From Pelagomonas calceolata (lineage: Eukaryota), in assembly GCA_918797485.1 (NCBI GenBank), contig CAKKNE010000002.1, forward strand, positions 5,518,001-5,582,000: a stretch of DNA of 64,000 bases. Reading direction: 5' to 3'. The notes below the pieces were generated by a model. It was not told the DNA's origin. It worked only from the letters and a program-made list of their open reading frames with translations, and searched no databases. Of this stretch, positions 32,779 to 43,100 are shown piece by piece; within the stretch, counting starts at the first letter, position 1, and each line of letters starts with the position of its first letter. Made by a program: the position numbers and the translations under genes.

Positions 32779-32782
32779 TTTA

Positions 32783-34040
32783 CTATGCTGGCATCCGTCC
32801 GCGCCGCGCGAGGCCGTCCCAGAGCGGCGCCGTCGGCACGTCGTGCTCGGCGAAGATGAACGCGTTCTGGAAACCCCCCTCGGTCTGCACCTGTGTGGAA
32901 ATCAAAACTTCACGACGCGACGCATTGGTTGATTTCCACGCAGGTCTCCACCGTGATGTTCTCCAGTCTTCTGACGCCGTCGCCGCGCAGCTTCGCCCCC
33001 CGCTCGAGGTTCCGCGCCCACCTTTCGAACTTCCCGCGGATCAAATGGCGCGGTGGGCCCTTCCAGACGTTACCCTTGAAGCGCCCGTTCGAGCAGACCT
33101 CCTTCGAATCGAAAGAATGGTCGCCGACGACAAACACCTCGTCGCGCTTCGAGTGGACCAGCCCCGGCAGGCAGCAGGGCTTCAGGACTAAGAAAGAGCA
33201 CTTCTCGTGCGAGTTGAACAAATCCAACGCCTTGAGCGACAGCGTCCCGCAGAGGTGCACCGCGAGGACCACGATGTCCCCGGGCGCCTCGTCCAAAATA
33301 CGGCGCTTCATGCCGCGCACGGAGGACTTGCATTTTAGATCCTGCTTCGAGGTCGTTAATGTAATGGGCCAGTCCTCGTAGTAGTCGTAGATATGATCCC
33401 AGTTGATCTGGTGCGGCAGGGGCTCGTCCTGGCCGTTCAGCGGCCAGGCCTTGTCCACGAGCACGATCCTCGACACCTTGTCCTTCGGCAACAGCTCACT
33501 CAGCAGCATCGCGAGGTAGCCCTTGCCCGAGCACAGGTCCACGACCGTGACCGGTGTTGTGTGAGCGTCCACGTAGTCCCTACAGGCCGCCACGACCGGC
33601 GCGCACTCGATCAACTCCTTGACGACCTTGTCCTTCATTAATCTATTCCAGAGCTTCGGGTTGCCCCGGTAGCGCCGCCGCCACCGCACGACGGCCGCGG
33701 CGCTATCCAAGTAGGTTTGGCCGTAGGCGGCCTGGTTCGGCGCCCCGCGTAATGCCTTGTCGAGCCAGTCCGCGAAGGCCGCCTCGCCGTCCAAGTCGGG
33801 CCCGGCGGCGCCGGTCCGCGTCGTCGCCCAGCCGTCGCCCGGGAGCTCTTCTTGGGGTGCCGCAGTGCGCGTGCCGGCGGTCTCCGCCGCGAGCGCTGTT
33901 TGCGGTGCCGCAGCTGTACGCGTGCCGGCGGGCTCCGCCGCGAGCGCCGGCTTTGGTACCTTATTCGTGCGCGGGGACACGAAGGCGCCGACGACGGAGG
34001 TCCAAGCACTGAGCAGCCAGCTCCGGAGTTTCATGAGCAT
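32783..34040 (-). CDS. SAM-dependent methyltransferase, 2 exons (intron 32891-32951)
   Basis: VVDLCSGKGYL, AVHLCGTLS, LKPCC. Spliced end NIT|VQTEGGFQNAFIFAE...MPA*. Confidence 0.85.
32891..32943. mobile_element. Minimal 53-bp introner-like element
   Basis: TIR ctgtgtggaaatcaa / ttgatttccacgcag (14/15). Flanks gtctgcac and gtctccac match 7/8. Confidence 0.88.
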
Positions 34041-34285
34041 CTGCGGTTGCACTCGCTGCGGCTGCAACTCGGTCGATAAATGCTTGCAAAAATACCTTGT
34101 TACTGCGAAGTGCAAGCGCAGCACGCACGATTAGCTCTATGGCAGCTGCAGCAGCCTCAGCTTTGCTAGTGTGTTACATGCCGCTAGCTGCGATTATTTT
34201 TCGACACACACGCTGGCTGTATAGCTCTATTACCGCGATCAATCTAGGATACGGTCGCTACCGCAGCGCACCAGCAAGCCTAAAC

Positions 34286-34819
34286 ATGTTTGAGGACTCA
34301 GAGAGCGAGAGCGAGGCCGAGGCGCCACCAAAGGAACCGGAGCCCGTGAAGCCGGCGCCCCGCAAGCGCAGCAGAGCGCCGCCGCCGGACGACGACAGCG
34401 ACAGCGACGAGGACCGCAGGCGGCCCGTGGGCCCCGGCTTTAGAAGGGACGAGTGGCGCGCGGACGCGCTCGCCCGGAGCGGCGCGGGCGACTTCGGGCA
34501 AGCCGGCTCCTTCGTGGACCGCATGGCCGCGTCCTTCCAGGCGCCGCGTCTCGTCGGCCCGGCCGACGAGGACGCCGCGCCGCGCCGCGTGGCGGCGCGC
34601 GCGCCGTCGCACTGGACGCGCGAGAGCGCGAACGCCGCGAAAGTCCGCGCGGAGCTCCTGCGCGCGAACCCGTCGTCGGGCCGCGACGGCCGCGCGGCCT
34701 ACGAGCGGCCGTCGATGCACGGCCGCGAGATGGTCATTTCCGTCGGGCCCTCGTCTTTGCCGTCGACGTGCCGCGTGACGCGGTCGCGGATCCCCTCGGC
34801 GAACGTCAAGTGGTCTTAA
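34286..34819 (+). CDS. Hypothetical protein
   Basis: ORF from MFEDSESE. Its stop overlaps the stop of the convergent gene (ttaa 34816-34819). Confidence 0.55.
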   Translation: MFEDSESESEAEAPPKEPEPVKPAPRKRSRAPPPDDDSDSDEDRRRPVGPGFRRDEWRADALARSGAGDFGQAGSFVDRMAASFQAPRLVGPADEDAAPRRVAARAPSHWTRESANAAKVRAELLRANPSSGRDGRAAYERPSMHGREMVISVGPSSLPSTCRVTRSRIPSANVKWS

Positions 34820-35616
34820 GTACATACAAAGGCGCAGAGCGCGCGGACGACTCCTGCTGGGGGCGCTGCCGCGTCGATCCCTGCGTAGACCTCGACCGTC
34901 GCGTCGCCCCAGGACCGGTCGTCGCCTTTCGCGCAGCAGACCAAGGCGCGCCGTGCCCTGAGACTGACGTCCGCGGGCGGCGCGATCAGCGCCACGCGCT
35001 CGCACTCGACCGCACTCACGACGGCCGCGCCGCGCCCGGCGCCCGCCGCGACGACGTCGGCCACGCCCCGCGCACGCACCTCGCGGATCAAGGCGGAGAC
35101 GTCTTCCGGCGCCGCATCATCCGATGACAAAAACAGCCAGAACGCCTCGCGCACGGCCCGGTTCGCCCATGCCGCATCCACACTGCGCTTCGCCGAGTCT
35201 CTGTCGCCGTCGCCGACGTAGACGACGACGCGCCGCGGCGGGTCGACGCGCAGCCAGGGCAGCGACACGCCGAGCCGCTCCTGGACACCACTCGTTTCGC
35301 CGCGCGATCGGCTTTTCGCCGCGCGCCCGTCGACCTTCGATTTGGCGATGGAGAAGGCGGGCGCGAGCCATTCGCCGCAGCCGCACCGCATGCCGGTCCA
35401 CGACCAATGCCCCAGCTTGGCGCCGCATTCGCAGCACAGGCGGCCACCGTCGCCCTGGAGCTGCTGCGTCATCCATTCGAGTGGCTCCTCGAGCACGAAG
35501 CTGCCGCACTCGTCTCCAGTGAGACCGTGGACGACGTCCGTCGCGTCGAAGAGGTGGCGCCGGCAGGCGCCGCAGCGGTAGGCGAGCACTTGTTGTGGTG
35601 CGACCAGTGCCGCCAT
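34816..35616 (-). CDS. Protein with a Yvh1/DUSP12-like zinc-binding domain and no phosphatase domain
   Basis: YRCGACRRHLF...EPLEWM...GRLCCECGAKLGHWSWTGMRCGCGEWLAPAF. Confidence 0.8.
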   Translation of the reverse strand: MAALVAPQQVLAYRCGACRRHLFDATDVVHGLTGDECGSFVLEEPLEWMTQQLQGDGGRLCCECGAKLGHWSWTGMRCGCGEWLAPAFSIAKSKVDGRAAKSRSRGETSGVQERLGVSLPWLRVDPPRRVVVYVGDGDRDSAKRSVDAAWANRAVREAFWLFLSSDDAAPEDVSALIREVRARGVADVVAAGAGRGAAVVSAVECERVALIAPPADVSLRARRALVCCAKGDDRSWGDATVEVYAGIDAAAPPAGVVRALCAFVCT

Positions 35617-35916
35617 TTTCTCTTTTTTTTGCACTGCTGCTCTTGCGGCTGCTGCACGCTGCACGCTGCAGACAGAGGCAGACCGGTGGTTGTGACCGCG
35701 TGCTTGGCCGAAAAGCTACCGCTTCTGGCGGTGCATCAATGGCACGTCACTTTTTGTCTCTCGTTCTTGTCTTTGGGCCAGTAGGCGCCTAAAGGGCGAT
35801 TATATTGTGGCGGCGGCTAGGCTGCCTTCCTAATGCCTTACAGGCTGCTAGCGCGATCTGGGACTTGGCAGCCGAAGCGGGAGGATTGCGAGCCTCCTGT
35901 GCGTTCCTGGGAAGCC

Positions 35917-37065
35917 ATGCTGCTGAGTCGTGCACGTTTCGCAGCGGTCCGAGCTTCACACAATCGCCTGGCGCAATCCAGGCTGCAGCCTGCTTCCCGC
36001 CTGGCCTCGAGCCAACGCGGATTCCAGGAGTGGGGCACCCTCCGGGAGCGCGCGACGCGCTGGCTCGAGCGCCGCCGGGCCTACCGGCTCGCGTCGAGCC
36101 TCGCGAGCAAGTGGTGGATCCGCCGGCCGCTCCGGGCGGGGCGCTACGTCGTGTTGGGCGGCGTTTTGTTCGCGAGTGGTCGAGAAATCGGCAGCATCGA
36201 GTACGCGAACGACCCGGTGGCGAAAGAAAGGGAGCTCCTCGAGGCTGTCATAAGGAGCGCGGGCGGCGTCCGGGCCTCGGTCGACGGCCTGCACGCCATC
36301 GCCGCGCTCCCTCCCACAAAACGGACGAAGCGCGTCGACGCCCGCGTCCAGCCCGTCGTCGCGCGCTGCGTCGCGGGCGCGCGCGAGCTGGCGCGAAGGC
36401 GGCTCGAGAAGGCCAAGGCGAGCGGCGTGAAGCGTGACATCGACGAAGCCCAGGCGCTCGTCAACAAGATCAGTAGGCCCTGGAAGGCCGTGGTCGTGGG
36501 CACGCCCGACGGGGGGCTGCCCTTCATTAATGCCTGGGTGACGGCCTTGTGCCCGCGCACTGTCTTCGTGACGGAGGCGCTCGTCGAGGAGCTCGACCCG
36601 ACGCCCGACGAATTGGCTTTATGCATCGGCCACGAGCTCGGGCACCTGGTCTGCGGGCACACGGAGGATAGGATTTACTTGAAGGCCATGCTCGCCTACG
36701 CCGAGCTGATTCTGCTGGCGTTCCTCGACCCGACGGGGCTGCTCACATTATTGGGTGCCATGGGTTTTCAGAACACGGCCGAGCTGTTCCTCGCGAAGTA
36801 CTCGCGGGATAACGAGACGGAGGCCGACGCCACTGGGCTGAAGATCGCTGCTTTAGCGTGCTACGACGTCCGGCGCGGCACGCATTTCATGAGGAAGCTC
36901 AGCGAGGCGACGGGTTCGCGGCCGACGTCGTGGTGGGCGACGCACCCGGCGACTGAGGACCGCTACGCCGACCTGCGGAGCAGTTCGCTGGGCGTGCACG
37001 AGAACGTCTACGGGTCGCACTGCACCGCCGTGGGGAAGGCGCTCCAGCGCCTCGTGACTCGGTGA
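35917..37065 (+). CDS. OMA1: Peptidase M48 (OMA1-like), probably mitochondrial
   Basis: DELALCIGHELGH, YSRDNETEADATG, WWATHPATEDR; Arg-rich N-terminus. Confidence 0.85.
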   Translation: MLLSRARFAAVRASHNRLAQSRLQPASRLASSQRGFQEWGTLRERATRWLERRRAYRLASSLASKWWIRRPLRAGRYVVLGGVLFASGREIGSIEYANDPVAKERELLEAVIRSAGGVRASVDGLHAIAALPPTKRTKRVDARVQPVVARCVAGARELARRRLEKAKASGVKRDIDEAQALVNKISRPWKAVVVGTPDGGLPFINAWVTALCPRTVFVTEALVEELDPTPDELALCIGHELGHLVCGHTEDRIYLKAMLAYAELILLAFLDPTGLLTLLGAMGFQNTAELFLAKYSRDNETEADATGLKIAALACYDVRRGTHFMRKLSEATGSRPTSWWATHPATEDRYADLRSSSLGVHENVYGSHCTAVGKALQRLVTR

Positions 37066-37181
37066 TTTTCTCTTTCGTTCATATAATTTTGCTCCTTCTT
37101 TCTATCTTTGAAGACTCCCGGACCCGTTAACACTACAGAATTTAACCAACCTCGACGCCGTCGACGCGGCTCCGGGGGCGG

Positions 37182-40100
37182 TCACTTCCGATGCTTCTTG
37201 AGGAGCGCGACGATGGACGAGTTGCCCCATCTTTTTGCGATGGACAGAGGTGTGTCACCCCAGTTCGTCGCCCGATCGACCGCCGTGCCTTTGTCCAGCA
37301 ACAGCTGCGCCGCGTCGACGTGGCCGTTGTAGCAGGCGATGTACAGCGGCGTCGCCCCGTTCTTTTGCGCCCGGTCTACCTCCGCGCCTTTTTCTAGCAA
37401 GAGCTGCGCCGCGTCGACGTGACCGTTCTGGCAGGCGATGTACAGCGGCGTCACACCGTTCTCCTTCGCCCGATCGACCTCCGCGCCTTTGTCCAGCAGC
37501 AGCCGCGCCGCGTCGATGTGGCCGTGTTCGCACGCGACAAATAGGGGTGTCAGGCCGTCCTGTTTAGCTTGGTCGACCTCGGCGCCTCCGTCCAGGAGTT
37601 GCGTCATCGCGTCGACATCGCCGATCTTGGCAGCGGCATGCAACGGGTAGAGGTGGTCATCGATCAACGTGACGACTTCTTCATGATCATTATACTTTGC
37701 TGCGTCCAGCGCAGTCCCCCCGTCCTCGTCCGCCCGGTCGACCTCCGCGCCTTTTTCCAGCAACAGCCGCGCCGCGTCGACGTGGCCCTTCTCGCAGGCG
37801 ATGTACAGCGGCGTCCGACCGTCCTTCTTCGGCGGATCGACCGCCGCGCCTCTCTCCAGCAACAGCCGTGCCGCGTCGACGTGGCCCTCAGTACAGGCGA
37901 TGAACAGCGGCGTCCGACCGTCCTCTGCCGCCCGGTCGACCTCCGCGCCGTTATCCAGCAGCAGCCGCACCGCGTCGACGCGGCCTTTTTCACAAGCGGC
38001 GTACAGCGGCGTCCGGCCTTCCTTGTCCGCCCGATTAGCGTCCGCGCCTTTATCTAACAACAGTTGCGCCGCATCGACGTGGCCCTTCTGGCAGGCGACG
38101 TACAGCGCCGTCAGACCTTCCCGCCATCCGTCTGACCACACTCGTGACCCCGCTCGATCAACCTCCGCGCCTTTATCTAACAAGAGCCGCGCCGCCTCGA
38201 CGTGGCCGTTCTGGCAGGCGACGCACAGCGGCGTCGTGCCGTTCTGATTCGCCCGATTGACCGCCGCGCCGTCGTCCAGCAGCTGCCGCGCCGCTTCGAC
38301 GTGGCCGTTCCGGCACGCGGCGTACAGCGGCGTCCAGCCGTCCTTATCCGCCCGATCGACCTCCGCGCCTTCATCTAACAACAGCCGCACCGCGTCGACG
38401 CGGCCGTTCTCGCAGGCGATGAAAAGCGGCGTACGGCCGTTGTCCTGCGCCCGGTTGACCTCCGCGCCTTTTTCCAGCAACAGCCGCGCCGCGTCGACGC
38501 GGCCGTTCTGGCAGGCGTCGTACAGGACCGTACATCCCTTTTCGTTCGCCCAATTCGGATCAGCGCCGCGCTGGAGACATAACCGCATCACATCGAGGTT
38601 CCGGTTTCGGCAAGCAATAAGAAGCGGAGTTGCGCCATCCAAGCACAATTCGACAGCTGCTCCGTGGTCTAGAAACAGTGTCGCGACGTCGAGGTGTCCG
38701 CAAGCACATGCAATCCCAAACGGCGACCACTCAGTCTCACGCCGCTTATCGACCGCGGCACCAGCATCGAGCAGCAAGCGCGCGACGCCGATGTGCCCTT
38801 TCAAACTCACAACGAACAGTGGCGTATAGCCATCACTATCTTCCTGATCGACGCAAGCGCCCTCCTGAAGAAGAGCGCTTATTGCGGCGACGTCACCCTT
38901 GTAGCACGCAAGCGTCAGTGGCGTCGTGCCGCTCTCGATGCGCAGCTCCCCCCACCGCTTCCCGAAAGCCACAAAGAGCCCGCTCGTATCGCCCCTGACA
39001 GCCAACGCCCTAACATCATCATCAAAAGCAACCACCCGCAGCGCCTCACCGCCCTTGCTTGCGTCCCACACCCGCAAAGTCTTGTCGCGCGACCCGCTCA
39101 CGAGCCGCGTCTCGCCCGTCGCCGGGTCTGCGAAGGCCGTCAGCGCGTTCACAGTGTTCGTGTGTCCCTCGAGCACGAACAGTAGCGCGCCGCCCGCGGC
39201 CAAGTCCCAGATGCGCACCTTGTTGTCTATTGATCCGCTCGCGAGGCGAAGGCCACCCGCCGCCGGGTCTTCGAAAACGGTCAACGCCCACACCGATTCC
39301 GTGTGCCCCTCGAGCACGACCAGTGCCTCTCCGCCCGCAACCGGGTCATATATGCGCACCTTCCCATCACCACGTGCACCACAAGCGAGCCGCGGCGCGC
39401 CCGTCGCCGGGTCTTTGAAGACCGCCAGCGCGCGCACCTCCGAGCCAAGGTCGATCACGACCAGCGCTTCACCACCAGCGACCGGGTCGTATATGCGCAG
39501 ATCACCACTTTTCTTTCGCCAATTGCCCGTCCCGCACACAAGCCGCAGCGCGCCCGTCGTCGGGTCCGCGAAGAACGCCAAAGCAAACTCAATGCCGACG
39601 GCGATCACGACCAGTGCCTCGCCGCCCGCGACCGGGTCGAAGACACGCACCTTCTCATCTCCAGAGCCACAAGCGAGCCGCGGCGCGCCCGTCGCCGGAT
39701 CCACAAAGAACGCCAGCGCATTCACCTCCGAGCCAACGTCAATCACGAGCAGCACACCACCAGTCTCCGCGTCCCACACGCGAACCGTCTTATCCCAGGA
39801 CCCAGTCGCAACCAGCAGCGCGCCCGTCGCCGGATCTACAAAGTTTACCAGGGCCCTCACCTCCTTAGAGTGCCCCTCGGGCTCCGCCTCGATCGCCGCG
39901 CCGCCCGCCGCCGGGTTCCAGACTCGGACGTTATCACCGTCTGCGCTCACGAGCCGCGGCTCGCCCGTCGCCGGGTCCGTGAAAGTTGTCAAAGAGGCCA
40001 CTAACCATTTGTGTCCCTCGAGCACGACCAGCGCCTCACCGCTCGCGACCGGGTCGAAGACGCGCACTTTCTGATCTTTTGACCCGCTCGCGAGTCGCAG

Positions 40101-43100
40101 CGCGCCCGTCGCCAGGTCTTTAAATGCGACCAGTGCACCCACTGGCGAACCCACGTCGAGCACGAGCAGCGTGTCGCCGCCAGAAACAGCGTCGAAGATG
40201 CGCACCTTCCCATCCATAGAGCCGCACACGAGTCTCGGCGCGCTCGTCGCTGGTTCCTTGAAGACCGCCAGTGCAAACACATGAGAACCAACATCTAGCA
40301 CGAGCAGCGCGTCGCCGCCCGCGACCGGGTCGAAGACAAGCACCATGTCTCCCGACGCGCATGCAAGCCGCGGCGCGCCCGTCGCCGGGTCTTTGAAGAC
40401 TTCTAGTTTGCTAGTAGTAGTACCCACGTCGATCACAAGCAAAGCTTCGCCGCCAGCGACCGGGTCGAAGACACGCACCTTTCCGTCCCGTGACCCACTA
40501 ACAAGGTAAGGAGTGCCCGTCGCTGGATTCGCGAAGACCGCCAGCGCATACACCCAAGAGCCCACCTCGAGCAAAAGCATTGCCTCGCCACCGGCGACCG
40601 GGTCGAAGATGCGCACTTCGCCATTATCACAATCTGCAACCCGCGGGTGCATGCTGGTACCACAAGCAACCCGCGGCTCGCCCGTCGCCGGATCTTTGAA
40701 GGCCGCCAGCGCATTCACCTGAGAGTACCGTTCGGCGGCGCCGTTAATCACCACCAGCGCCGCACCACCCGCGACCGGGTCATAGATGCGCACTTTGCCG
40801 TCATGAGAACCACAAGCAACCCGCGGCTCGCCCGTCGCCGGATCCACGAACGTCGCCAAGCAGTCAGCACGAGTCTCGATCCGACACCGCTCCGCCCCAC
40901 CCGCCGCCGTCAGACCCATCGGTCGCGCGGCCGAGAGGGGCAGCTTGCTTGCGACGCGTCTCAAATCCTCGGCCAGGCGTCCCGCGGCCGACTTAGCATC
41001 GGCGCGCGGCACAAGCCGCTGCCACAACTGCTCTACGAGAGGCAACCCCCGTGATAGCAGGTTCCGCGACAACACCAATGCATCGGACAACAAAAATGTG
41101 TCCTGTTCCTTCAGAGCACGCAAGTCGGCCACGAAGGAAGCGATGTCGCCGGCGCTCCGCTTCCGCACGTACGACAGGCTACACGCCACAGCGACGGCCT
41201 CGCCCTCAGCAGAAGACCGCTTCATGTGAAACAAGCACCAACGCAACGCATAAGCATCCGATGCCACACCACCCTCGCCCTCCACAAATGAAGCCAGCAC
41301 TTCATCCGCGGCCGCGTCGCTCGAGTGCGACTCGGTATCAAGTACCCCAGCACGAACCGCCTGAGCACACGCCCGCGCCAGCCGCCGATGCGCCGCGTCC
41401 CGCGCGACGAAGAAATCGTCCTCAGAAGAGCGCTTGTCGAACGGCGCCTCGCCCGTCAGCCAGTCCGTCACTGTCTTATGTAAAACACCAATGACGTCGC
41501 CCTCGCGTAGTGGGAACAGCAGGGACAAGCCATCACAGACCTTCTTGCACCACGCCCGATCCCAGCCCAACGCACTACTCGCCGCGTCGACGGTGAGCGG
41601 CTCGGCCGCGGCACACACAAGTTCCACCAGCGGCAGCGCGTCGCGCCACGCAGCATCATCAACGAATACGCGTCGAAAGTTTTCCTCGTAGATCTCGTCG
41701 AGGCCCGCCGGCAGCGCGCCGACGCTCGCAAAGTCGATCTTGCCAGTCGTTGCCTCGAGCTGGTCCGCGATGAGCCGCGCGTAGAGCATGAGCCCGTCGG
41801 CTTTCCGCTCGAGTGCACTCACTGCGGCGTCGAGCGCCGACGAGTTGAGGCGCTCTGAAATGAATGCCTCGAGCGCCTCCGCCCCGACACTCGTGTCCTT
41901 GCACATGTCAGGTAACGCCGCACGGATCACTTCATACTGATCGTGCGCGATGTGCTTGGCGTCCGCAATGCTCTTCAAATTCAGTTGATTCTCCGCGATG
42001 TGCGTCTGGCTGTCGTCGAGGGGGACGCGGACGTTCAAATTAAAGTCGCGGTAGCCCATGGGCGTGGGGTGGGCGAACTTGTTCTTCACTTGGGCTATCT
42101 CCAGGCCGACGCTTGCGAGCCGATTCAGGACGTCGAGCAGTTCATCGGGAGTCTCACACAAGATAGTAGCTCGAGAGAGATCTTTGAGATAACGAGCGTC
42201 GCCGCCGTAGTCATTGGCGAGCTTTTGCAGCGACCGCGGACGACCCTTTACGCCTGGACTCTGTATATCATCGTGGAGCTTTCTCAAAGAATCAACCAAA
42301 ACCTTCTGAGCCACTGCGGCTTGGGCATAGAGCGTCTCGAAATCGCCCTCGTCCTGCTTGAGTCCTGGGTTTCGTCGCTCCCTGTAGGCCTCTAGCTTGT
42401 CGAGTCCGCTCACGCCTCGCATGGCTTCCGCGTACGTGGCCTTGGCTCGACGGAGCGGATCTTCGAGTGCCGCAAAACCTCCGAGGCGACCGGCGAGCTC
42501 CGGGAACTTCGCCTCGACCTCGTGTCGCAGCGACTCCATCGTCACCTCGAGCTCGATGTGCTCCTTTGCGAGTTCAGTTAGGTACGCCCTCACGTCCTGC
42601 CGATTCCGTCCTTCGTCGACACGGAGCTCCGTCGGCGTGTAGCCCTTCAGTGTAGCCTTAATTTGCGCCTCGTCGCGGCTTGTCGCTACGATTTTGATCC
42701 AGGGCGGTAGCGTCTTGAGCTCGGTCGCGAGCAGCGACAGCACGGGCTTCAGCGCGTCGCGCGGCAGCTCGTCGAGCGCGTCTATGACTAATACGAGGGC
42801 GTCGTCCGGGCCGCGCGGCGCCTTGACGCTTCGCAACGGCTTCGCTACTAAAGCCTCGAAGAGCTCGTCGACCTTGTCGGTCTCGACGCTAGCGCCCTCC
42901 CTCCGCGCGTCTCCGAAGCCCTCCACCGTTGCACACAGCATGCCCGCCAGAGACCGCAGCAGCACCGCTGGCGCGGACCGCGCCGGCTCGGTGTGCTTGC
43001 AAAAGTGCCACGCGGCCGCGTTTTCCTTGTCGAGCAGCCGCGCGAGCAATTCAGCCGCTGCCACGCTCTTGCCCGTGCCGCCGCCGCCGATCAACCAGAA

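Noticed and set aside
33845..33950. Tandem ~50-bp repeat in the methyltransferase leader
   Set aside because: A simple in-frame duplication (AAE.AGTRTAA twice) with no TIRs or target duplication.
37190..40880. Regularly spaced DNA repeats as a CRISPR-like array
   Set aside because: Units are in-frame ankyrin and WD40 coding repeats; there is no repeat-spacer structure and no cas genes.
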